This document shows positions 11,301 to 22,000 of a DNA stretch of 64,000 bases, one piece after another. A program made the position numbers and the translations under genes. Origin of the DNA: Mytilus edulis (Eukaryota); the NCBI RefSeq assembly GCF_963676685.1, contig NC_092344.1, positions 31,620,001 through 31,684,000 on the forward strand, read 5' to 3'. Below the pieces are notes generated by a model. The model saw only the letters and a program-made list of their open reading frames with translations, was not told the origin of the DNA and did no database searches. Position 1 is the first letter of the stretch, and each line of letters opens with the position of its first letter.

Positions 11301-14300
11301 CAACCCTGATCCTCCATCTTTCCACTTCAGCAATAAAATCGTTCTTGTTTGACAAATCTGCTTCAAATGCGTCGCAAATTTTTGTAATGATGTCAGGGGT
11401 CAAGCTGTGCAGATGCTTTGGTATAAGATAATATCTCATCATTTGAGTTTTTAAATCGTTTGGAAATCTTCGTTGTAATTCCGATATGACATGGTCAATG
11501 AACGGAAAGAAAAGGTTAATGCGCCAATGAGACGTTGGGTCACTTTCTAAAGCTGCATTTTCTCGATGAACCTGACGCCCAACACGTCGCTTCGGTCTTA
11601 AATCTACCTCTAGCCTATCAGCAATTCTTTTAGCTCTACTGAACAACTGATTAAATTGTTCATCATTGCGTTTTTCCCCAAGTATTTGTATTAAACCGTT
11701 AGCCTCATCGAAAGCGGTCACCATATTGCAGTCAGTTTTCTGCAAAAAAAGTGTTAAAGGTTTAAGAAGGCTCAACACAAACTGAGCAACAACTATTGCT
11801 ATAATAAATTCAGAATCTTCAAGAAGTCTCCTGAATCCAGCTGCATTTGTTCTGGCATCTGCCGAACTTACGGTTTCAATTTTGCTTATGGCGGAATGCA
11901 CCGACTGATACTGTGCCATTAGTGAAGATACGGCATCAACTCCGGCGGTCCATCTGGTTTCACAAAGTTTGGCAACAGATTAATCCCCACCTTTTTTCAG
12001 TAGTGATACATCTATATTATCACCGTCACTGTCTACACCTTCGAGGAGCTCATTTAACAAGTCTTTATCTCCAGTAAAAGACTTCAGAATTTCTTTCCGT
12101 TTGTAAGATGCACATAGAAACCAAGTCATTTGGCCAACGGATGCCATCAGATTTCGGACCTGTCTGACATTTTTGCAGCTATCTGTGACTACTAAATTTA
12201 AATTATGCGATTTACAGTGAACATAGGGCGCGTTCGGACATTGCTCTTTTATACGTTGTTGAACACCAGAAACTACACCACTCATTACACTGGCACCGTC
12301 GTAACCTTGTCCGCGAAGATTAACCAAGTTCAATCCCCAATTCTGTAAATTCTCAAAAATTGCTTTAGATATATGTTCAGCATCAACTTGACCTGGCTCA
12401 ACAAAGCCTAAGAAGTCTTCACGGATATCGTTAGTGTCGGAAACTACGTACCGCACGCATATTGATAATTGCTCTTTAACGGACACGTCTGTTGTTTCAT
12501 CAGCACACACCGCGAAGAATTTACTTTTCTTGCAATTATCTATCAGGCGTTCTCTAATTTCTAACTCACAGCATTGAATAAGTTCATTTTGCACTTCGGG
12601 TGATAAATAACGCAATGATCTACTTGCCGTCTCAAGAAGCTCTTTCAAAGTAAGATCATATGTTGATTTCCAATCGATGAAAAATTGGAAATTTCCGTCC
12701 TCTTTTTTTAATTCCCTGTCCCAATTACCCCGTAAAGCAATATTTCGTTGACCAAGAACAACAATTATGTCTATGATAGAAATCAATATCGCCCTGTTTT
12801 TAGCAACCCTATTCTCATAACTTTTGCTGAGCGAATAGTAAATGTCCGGTTTACTTCCCTGACAAATTGCAATGAAATCTTTTGCTGCTTCGGCGGCATA
12901 AATGTGAGCATCACTTTCCTCGTGAATTTTCAGAGAAGAGCGTTTTACGCCTACTGCGTTCTTCCAATCACTGAATCCTTTCTTAGCAAATAACGAAGCA
13001 TTATCAGAAAATATCATGCAACATTCACAATATGCGGCATCTTCCGATTATGAGTATCGGAGCCAAGTATATTGAGACTCCCATGAAGGTAAATAGCGTC
13101 TCCCTCCTTTTTGAGGATAGTATTTCACAGGTTTTGTATCAGTTTTAGAAGAAAGGAAGACTAGTTTATCTGCATCTGTCAGTTTATGCTTAAAATGTGT
13201 TGGGTCGAGAGAATCAGACGATTTACTTGAATTCTTCATAGAATCTGACGATTTACTTTCATTTGTCACAGTACATTTTACCAAACAAGTGTTGCTTGAA
13301 CTAATTTCGGTCAATTCCTGGGAAGAAATTTCAGATGTTGATAGACCAGGGGGTGGATACTCGTCCTGAATTGTTCCCAATGCCACAATTTTCGGAGAGG
13401 AGTCGGATGAATCTGCAAAAGAATTCACATTTACACAACGTGAAACAATATAAGTTAAAATTATATCTTTCCTGCACATAAAAATGTATTTCTATATGTG
13501 AGTTATGCCTAGATAGAATAAATGTACCGTATGATTGAGACACGCACACTTTTTTTTAGATGTGTGTATGCTAAAAGACGAAATGCATCTCTTACTCAAC
13601 TAAGATACGAGCAGGCACGGTCGATCAAGATTTGTTTTTAATTCACACCCCGTCCACTTTTGAAATTTCATTAGTCTATATACGCCAGAGTCGGAACTCG
13701 AATATATTTAACGACAACAACCAGTGTTTGCATTGTTTTCTATCTCTTTGACATAACACCCATTTTTTTATTCAAACAAACGTAAGCACTGTCATAACTG
13801 GCAACTCCGACTATGGTGTTTCGATTATTTTTTATTATTAATGCGATGCTTACACAAGCAAGCGTCAAGTTACTATACATCAAGGTTTTTGTCGTCACTA
13901 AATGATAGTTCAAAGGGATATTGGGCCAGATGAAAATTGGGCGGTATATCAGAAATGCTTGTTTTAAAAATTATTCTCTGGATTGGTTTATTTTTAAATA
14001 AACGCGTAGAAAGAACGTTTTGTACTGCCGACACCCGTTAATTTCAAAAACCAATGCAGACTGTAACCAATTTTATTTTGTTCACTAAAAATTGATGCAG
14101 GACTGAGGTTGTTGATTCATTCCAATTATAGGGACAGGGATTGATTGATTGTATTGTTGGTTGCTTAACGTCCAGTGGCAAATATTTCATGCATATTCAT
14201 GACGAGAACAAGTTTATAATATATGCATAGTTAGGTCTTGTCATAATAAAGGCCATTTGGGTTGTTGGAATGATTGTCGGGGAAATTTGGACTGCCGCTG

Positions 14301-15972
14301 GAAAAAATTGAGGATAAATTCGAACAGGCCGGTGTGGGACTCCTATACTTACCATTGACTTCTTTTCTTTTCAAAGAACCAGTCTTCAGCCAATTTTGCA
14401 ATGACATGTTCAAAAACACTTTGCTGATTTCAAACCGTTTTAAAAAATTTGCAAGGAGATGAAATATTAAAATCTGGACCTGCGCAAGCCCCGGTAATTA
14501 TTGTCTTATATCACATGCATTAACAAATATTCCATACATTGCCAAACTATAATTATTAAAATCAATATCATCAACATTATAACAATTTATGACCTGTCAT
14601 ATATATACAGTGATCAAAGGAATATTAGACAACCGAAGCGTTAGACATTAAGAATGATTGATTGATTGCTTGGTTCTTGCTTAAAATCGCATCAGAACAA
14701 CAGCGAATCAGAGTTGGTTTAAAATATTAAATTATTACAATTTAATGTAGTTTTTAAAATGAGACAAGAGGTCCTTCAATATAAGAAAACTCAAGTTGAA
14801 AAGAAAATGACCAGATCTGAATATCATCTACATATTAAATTTCAAAACTAACACTTAGTCTATAGTCACAATAGTAGCACAATAAAGAAACAAAAGTCTA
14901 GACTCTCGTCGTATAAATCAATTTCATATAAATATTTTTTTGTTTGTTTTTGAAATTTCCAGCATGAGGCATTTGCCTCAATTGCCTCAATGTAGTTACG
15001 ACCCTGGTTTTTGTAGATCTTTCTAGTACTCATATTTATTTTGTACTCCATTACCTGTGTGTAAGTCAAGTTTTTAACAATACGGTACACGTTTTGTTTG
15101 TGTGAGTTGTCCCATTCAGTTATTTAATACACAGTGAAATTTTAACCTGAACCACTGGTCATCACATCGACAGAAAAAAAGCCGACGCAAAAAAAAAAAC
15201 CCAAAAAAACCCAAATAAACCCCGATATATACGTTATAATTTGTTTGTCTAGTCATCTGCAAATTAATTTGTTTTTCAATCTTTCCTTGTGTTGTTATTG
15301 TGTAACATATTTTGTGTTTTGTTCATTTACAAAAGTCTACAAATTGAATTCTGAAAACACATGTTTTACAATGGCAGTGAGTAAACGTATCAAGTACCAC
15401 TACAGAAAATTCAATGTGCTAAAATTTTCAAGTTTACAAGCTATAAAATCACATCGATGATCAATTAAGATATTACATATATACATGTATTAGAGACGAT
15501 AATATAATTATGCTATTGAGAATTTATATACTAGGCTGACACGCTGGTCATAAACATTCCTTCATAGTGATCAAGTGAATTAAACTACATTTATGCTGGG
15601 AAAAACTGGATCGAGAGAAAAAGTGCACTTTCGAATCTATACAGAAATGAGAATATTGTGAAAACTGTAGGCAGTTTAAAATAATAATCCCTTTCGAGTC
15701 TTTGAGCATTCAAAGAAATCTCGTACAAAAATTGAACTGACCATTTTTAAAGCTTAATGAGCTTTACGACGAACGCTGGACGATTGAGTAGTAAAAAACC
15801 CAGTATATAATGGATTTATCTAATTTTTTTTGTCATTTCAGCTCCACCACCAATGATGTATGGTCAGTATCCGCAACCAGGCGGCGTTATGTATAATCAA
15901 CCACCAGCGTATCCGCCGCCTCAACCAAACTATCCACCGCCACAAGGAAACTATCCACCACCGAAATACTAG
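5377..15972 (+). CDS. Small type I membrane protein, CYYR1/shisa-like PPxY family, copy 1 (145 aa); exons 5377-5431, 8791-8878, 9578-9741, 15842-15972
   Basis: GT-AG introns of phase 1,2,1 give MDLLRRILYSVFLNSILSVLEVYGEYCYYVRTSYYGYYYYECDSTVSGGSIAGAVIGTIIFIVIIAVIIAVCKNQNRTRVTTIRTPHTGGTTVITQQQQQQQAPPPMMYGQYPQPGGVMYNQPPAYPPPQPNYPPPQGNYPPPKY*. The same structure recurs in three paralogs. Family assignment is from architecture only. Confidence 0.9.
5904..6586. mobile_element. Non-autonomous TTAA-targeting DNA element (Kolobok-like)
   Basis: TTAA|AGGGGCACTGGCT ... AGCTAGTCCCCT|TTAA; absent from the homologous intron position of copy 2 (~22060). Confidence 0.7.
7265..7392. mobile_element. SINE-like interspersed repeat fragment (also 25417-25540, 50070-50330, 59932-60230)
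   Basis: Shared AATTGAGAATGGAAATGGGGAATGTGT...CCCGCACC(C)GGAGGCGTCCTTCAGCTG found in both orientations. Confidence 0.7.
7974..8250. repeat. 24-bp minisatellite (TGTTTGCATTAGAATAGAGATAAC), about 11 copies
   Basis: Near-identical head-to-tail units without spacers; source of ORFs 7877-8182 and 7965-8210. Confidence 0.95.
8631..8690 (+). pseudogene. Degenerate duplicate of exon 2 (loop exon) just upstream of the functional exon 2 of copy 1
   Basis: Same acceptor context (ATAGATAAAGATTTGATATTTTTCAG|TTTTG), followed by TACTGTCACTACGTCTTTTCCTACAC; 1-nt deletion and no matching donor. Confidence 0.7.
10357..15006 (-). mobile_element. Full-length decayed hAT DNA transposon in intron 3 of copy 1
   Basis: TIRs CAGGGCCGTAACTA (10357-10370) and TAGTTACGACCCTG (14993-15006) match 13/14. 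Transposase inside. The empty site is visible in the copy 2 intron (~25850-25870). Confidence 0.9.
10986..14407 (-). pseudogene. hAT transposase pseudogene (ZMYM1/THAP12-like, DUF4371 plus hATC dimerisation); exons 14407-14353 and 13412-10986
   Basis: Motifs ADETTDVS, GQGYDGAS, YVHCKSHNLNL, CETRW, LPVTSVCCERSFSAL and ERLCGLTMLHVH. In-frame TAA at 13048-13050 and 11980-11982; frameshift near 11110. Confidence 0.9.
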
Positions 15973-17486
15973 CAGTTTGTCAACTACAAGCAAACTATCA
16001 ACCAAAATACAAACAGTTGTATATAGTGAAAAAAATATATATTCCATGTAATTTGTTATCTTATATCCTTAATTGTATTATCAACTGATTGAGACATACA
16101 TGCCTAAAAAGAATATATAATGAATTGTTTTTTTCTTTAATTAAAACCTGCTGATATAATAACTGTAAAACAAAAATTGAAATTTTGATTTTCATGATAG
16201 CTTAAAGGTATCTTTGATGTATCTGTGATGAGTTTATTAACACTCTGTGACTTCAAAAATGTCCTCAGGAAGGAAATTTTAATATTTATTCGACCTTAAT
16301 AGAGTTCGACGAATAGTTACTTTATATTTCAGATTAATGAGATGCCATCGTTTTGAGCAATCAAATACATGTATCGCAAAAGAAGGAAATCAAAAATGAA
16401 ATTGAAAAAAGCACTGAAAATGTTGACCATCCAGGTAATTTTTCCTGGCTTGAGGACAAATTATATGTGTTGTATTTTATTCGATTGGTTGGCCAAAACC
16501 GGATATACATTTAGTGTTTACCTTGGTCAGCATGCAAACGAAAATTGATACTCAACTATTCACAATAAATCTTGTAAAATCATTGTCATGTAAAGAACGC
16601 AAACTAAGCTATGAATTGATCGTGTTAAGCTTATTAAAAAGTAAAATCCCAAAAATACCGAACTCTGAGGAAAACACGAAAAGTCTCTAATCAAATGGGA
16701 AAATCAAAAACTCAAACACATCAAACGAATGGATGACAACTGCCATGTTCCTGAATTGGTACCATCATTTTCTGATATAGAAAATGGTGGATTAAACCTC
16801 ATTTTAAATATAGTAGCTTCTTTGATTAGGTACTTAACCATTCCATCTGATACAGTCAGCAAAAATTAAATTGTCATCTTTAAAGTATATAAATTGAAAA
16901 GGGAAATAGGGTATATGTTTATTTTTATGAAATGAGTCCACGTACTTTCGTTACAGATAAAATGTGAAATCTAACTCTGGCATCTAAGTGTGATATAAGG
17001 GTACTTTTCGTTACCCTTAGACATCTCCGAATTAATTCAATAAAATACTTCCGTTTGTCGGCGAGATGGTAATGATTTGCTCAGTGCACCGATGTTTGTT
17101 TTCCGTATTCGAAAACCATATGTTTCAACATTGGTGTGAACATATAAAAAATACGATAACAAATATTTCGCTCCGACTCAGGTCCAAGGTTTTTTTTAAA
17201 GCAATCTTTCAAAAAGAAAAATAATAATGCGTATTTGCATTCTTTTAAAGTGAAATATGTGTCTAAGCAAGCGATTCAAGGGTATTAATTCACTAAAACA
17301 TATCAGATATTTTTAATGAGTGTTTGTATATGTTACGCACATACAAACTTAAAGTTCAATAAACCTTTTGTGATATTTGATTTTATCTATAGTCAGTTTT
17401 TAAAGAATTTGACAAAATTACACAAACTATAATTATTTAGAAGTTAATTGCTATTTAAATTCAGACTAAAGTAAAAGAGAGAAAAT

Positions 17487-17541
17487 ATGGATCTTCTACG
17501 CCGTATTTTGTACTCTGCTCTTCTGAATTTGATATTCGGCG
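17487..17541 (+). CDS. Duplicated (alternative) first coding exon of copy 2, signal peptide MDLLRRILYSALLNLIFG
   Basis: 55-nt exon with ATG and G|GTAAGT donor, phase 1, nearly identical to 19059-19113. Confidence 0.65.
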
Positions 17542-17622
17542 GTAAGTGTTCAATAACTGATGCATCGAATAATAAATAACCATTTATTAGTAATGTATAT
17601 ATAACATAAAAACAAAAGCATG

Positions 17623-17663
<41 letters not shown>

Positions 17664-18619
17664 CAGTTTGAGTTAAATGTAAAACCTTATACCTTATTTT
17701 AATGGCGCACTTTTGTTTTTCTACTAACAGTCGTTTTAAAATCATCTTATAATTTTGTTTTACCAACAGTGTGTCAGTAATTCCACCAGACATATGGTTT
17801 ATACCTGTTGCGTATATACGCTTAATTCTTGTAAACATTTCATCAGATTTCTTTTACAGAATTGTGAACTAACTTACTATGAAAAAACTTGTGATATGAA
17901 ATTCTTGATGTATTACATCAATCGCGTTTATATTATATATAACATGTCATGTCCAGCGTTATACATATTTATTATTGTGCTATCTCACATTGATATTCGT
18001 TCTCGCTATATGATAATAGTATGTCTGTGTATGGAATAAGGTCCATCTTTGTCTGATCTGTCCAATATTAAAAGTTATCTTTTAAGTTGCATTTTGAATA
18101 AAGTATCATACATTTTAAATATACTTATGGAAAAAAGTATTGCAACACCTTGATTTTTTAAACCTTGGAAAAGCAGCCTCCTTTTTGGGATAAAATTTGA
18201 TAAAATATTTGTATAATAATATTGAGACATTGTTTGTGATAACATTGGCAGTAAAGTGAATTAAAAAAAATGTATGAAAAATATGTTTTTATAAACCACA
18301 ATTTTGATGACAAAATGAAGTAAATTTTGTACAAAAAAATCCATTTTACAGTTTTTCTGTAACCGAACTTTACAATGTCAGACATTTCAAAAATAAATCG
18401 TAAGATGAGTGTTCACATCATGGTTATATAAAAAATACGATAACAACTATTTCGCTCCGACTCAGGTCCAAGTTTTTTTTTTAAAAGCAATCTTTAAAAA
18501 AGAAAAAATAGTAATGCGTATTTGCATTATTTTAAAGTGAAATATGTGTCTAAGCAAGCGATTTAAGGGTATTAATTCACTTAAACATATCAGATGTTTT
18601 TAATGAGTGTTTGTATAAA

Positions 18620-18898
18620 TTCAAATATATATATTTTATTGCTAATCAAAGCGCCCACAAGGAGCAGAACAATCAACATTAATTACATACAAATGATTAC
18701 AAGTGATTCAATATGATTAATTAAGACACAATGTTATATAAAAAAAAAAAAAACAACCAAACCAAACTAAAAAATATTTATTAAGACAAGTACAAGAATA
18801 CAACAAGCACAATGTTTAATAATATAAGGGGGGTCACTGGGCATTTCTATATCTATATATCATTTAAGGAAACTTTCCTATATGAGAATACTTTCATA
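18620..18898 (-). mobile_element. Short insertion resembling a LINE 3' end
   Basis: Present only in the second duplication unit (compare 17325-17335); AATAAA near its end on the minus strand. Confidence 0.5.
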
Positions 18899-19058
18899 TA
18901 TATGTTACGCATATACAAACTTAAAGTTCAATAAACCTTTTGTGATATTTGATATTATCTATACTCAGTTTTTAAAGAACTTGACAAAATTACACAAACT
19001 ATAATTATTTAGAAGTTAATTGCAATTTAAATTCAGTCTAAAGTAAAAGAGAGAAAAT

Positions 19059-22000
19059 ATGGATCTTCTACGCCGTATTTTGTACTCTGCTCTTCTGAAT
19101 TTGATATTCAGCGGTAAGTGTTCAATAACTGATGCATCGAATAATCAATAACCATTTATTAGTAAGGTATATATAACATAAAAACAAAAGCATGAACATT
19201 ATATATATAGGATCCTTTACTATAGATAATTTAGCTGATCTGTAACAATAACATCTTCATGCCTTATATATCATGTACTGTAGTACGCCGCTAGATTAAA
19301 ACTGACGTGGAAAGGTAACACATGGCCAGCGAAAGCTCTTTTATTGAGAGCCCAGGTGGTCGTGTGGTCTAGCGGGACGGCTGCAGTGCAGGCGATTTGG
19401 TGTCACGATATCACAGTAGCATGGGTTCGAATCCCGGCGAGGGAAAAACCAAAAATTTGCGAAAGCAAATTTACAGATCTAACATTGTTGGGTTGATGTT
19501 TAGACGAGTTGTATATACATTATGTACACAGCCATGTATCACCATCATTGATGGCGATCCGATGGATACATCTGTTGTAGAGTTGTCACTGACTCAGACG
19601 TACTTATAAATATAATTATTTTCTGTGACTGTATATTACATTAATTTGTAGGATCCTTTACTATAGATAATTTAGCTGATCTGTAACAATAACATCTTCA
19701 TGCCTTATATATCATGTACTGTAGTACGCCGCTAGATTAAAACTGACGTGGAAAGGTAACACATGGCCAGCGAAAGCTCTTTTATTGAGAGCCCAGGTGG
19801 TCGTGTGGTCTAGCGGGACGGCTGCAATGTAGGCGATTTGGTGTCACGATATCACAGTTACATGGGTTCGAATCCCGGCGAGGGAAAAACCAAAAATTTG
19901 CGAAAGCAAATTTACAGATCTAACATTGTTGGGTTGATGTTTAGACGAGTTGTATATACATTATGTACACAGCCATGTATCACCATCATTGATGGCGATC
20001 CGATGGATACATCTGTTGTAGAGTTGTCACTGACTCAGACGTACTTATATATATATATTATATATATATATATGAAACAGTTTGAGTTAAATGTAAAACC
20101 TTATTTTAATGGCGCACTTTTGTTTTTCTACTAACAGTCGTTTTAAAATCATCTTATAATTTTGTTTTACCAACAGTGTGTCAGTAATTCCACCAGACAT
20201 AAGGTTTATACCTGTTAAAAGAGGGACGAAAGATACCAAAGGGACAGTCAAACTCATAAATCTAAAACAAACTGACAACGCCATGGCTAAAAATAAAAAA
20301 GACAAACAGAAAAACAATAGTACACACGACACAACATAGAAATCTAAAGAATAAACAACACGAACCCCACCAAAAACTAGGGGTGATCTCAGGTGCTCCG
20401 GAAGGGTAAGCAGATCCTGCTCCACATGTGGCACCCGTCGTGTTGCTTAAGTGTTAAGTATATACGCTTAATTCTTGTAAACATTTCATCAGATTTCTTT
20501 TTCAGAATTGTGGACTAACTTACTATGAAAAAACTTGCGACATGAAATTCTTGATGTATTACATCAATCGCGTTTATATTATATATAACATGTCATGTCC
20601 AGCGTTATACATATTTATTATTGTGCTATCTCACATTGATATTCGTTCTCAATATATGATAATAGTATGTCTGTGTAAAGAATAAGGTCCATCTTTGTCT
20701 GATCTGTCCAATATTTAAAGTTATCTTTTAAGTTGCATTTTGAATAAAGTATCATACATATTAAATATACTCATGGAAAAAAGTATTGCAACACCTTGAT
20801 TTTTTAAACCTTGGAAAAGCAGCCTCCTTTTTGGGATAGAATTTGATAAAATATTTGTATAATAATATTGAGACATTGTTTATGATAACATTGGCAGTAA
20901 AGTGAATTAAAAAAAATGTATGAAAAATATGTTTTAATTAACCACAATTTTGATGACAAAATGAAGTAAATTTTGTACCAAAAAATCCATTTTACAATTT
21001 TTCTGTAACCGAACTTTACAATGTCAGACATTTTAAAATAAATCGTAAGATAATTGTTCACATCATGGTTATACGCCAAAGAATCAACATTTGGTGCAAC
21101 CTCCATGCACACGGATAACCGCCTCTTAACGTACTCTCATGTCTGCCACCAATCGACGAATTTGTTGATGAGGTAACCGCAACCATTCCTGATGAAGGGC
21201 ATTGTTTATTTCAAGAAGTGTTTGAACAGGTGGTGTCCTTTCCCGCACTTTACGTCCAATAGTGTCCCATATATGCTCAATATGGTTCAAATCCGGGCAT
21301 CTGTCAGGCCAAGGAAGATAAACCGACTTTCATTGGACCAAAATATCCTCCCCCAGATGCTTTATTTCTAAATTTGGTGACCTCTTCATCATTTGATATG
21401 GGCCACTTTATGTTCGTAAGCAAAAGCCCCCGAATTGGTCTTCTCAAGCAGTAGTTATAAGTCGATTTCAAACAGTTCTTGTTTAAAGTCTCCTGCAAGG
21501 CAACCACTAGGATTGCACTGTTTGCAAAGGTTTTTTCGTTACCAACCTTTCTACGGCTTGGTTTCCCTAGCTGGTGTTATAGAGGGTCTTCCTGATCTCG
21601 GAAGAACTTTAACATCATGTGTTGCCTGATTTCCAATCATAAAACGACTTACAGTGGAAAGCAGATGATGATCAACAATACGTGCAATTTGTCGCACCGA
21701 TAAACCTGCAGCTCTGATGCTGATAATCTGCCATCTTGCTGCAGTTGAGAGTTGTGGAGAACCCATAACATGGTGTCAATCACATAACTTTACAAACTTT
21801 GTTATTTAAAGTGTGGAAAACAATGAGGATAAAAACATCTGTTTGATTGTTTCCGGGTACAGTAGTTGCATGTGCAAATTAGAACTTATCGAGTCAACAT
21901 TTATTGATTAAACTTACGTGAGATTTGATTAATGTTTAACTAGTTCTATTTTAATAAATAATATCACTAAACAATATAAATTTTTAAATTTGAGTTTCAA

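Larger units (their letters stand above)
17142..21073 (+). repeat. Tandem duplication of promoter, exon 1 and proximal intron 1 of copy 2 (17142-18425; 18426-21073, the second enlarged by insertions)
   Basis: Collinear near-identical sequence; junction at 18426-18428 (ATA microhomology), where unit 1 ends inside the Tc1 element. Confidence 0.9.

Noticed and set aside
11110-13479. Domesticated ZMYM1/THAP12-like host gene
   Set aside because: Bounded by TIRs, absent from the paralogous intron, and disrupted by two stops and a frameshift.
19350-19443. Functional tRNA gene
   Set aside because: A and B boxes are present, but acceptor and anticodon stems do not pair convincingly and the arm spacing is too long; treated as tRNA-derived.
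20087-20434. MPHVEQDLLTLPEHLRS ORF family (also 36932-37294, 52069-52287)
   Set aside because: Lies in the repeated 3' non-coding region of the PLE, and the ORF ends differ between copies.
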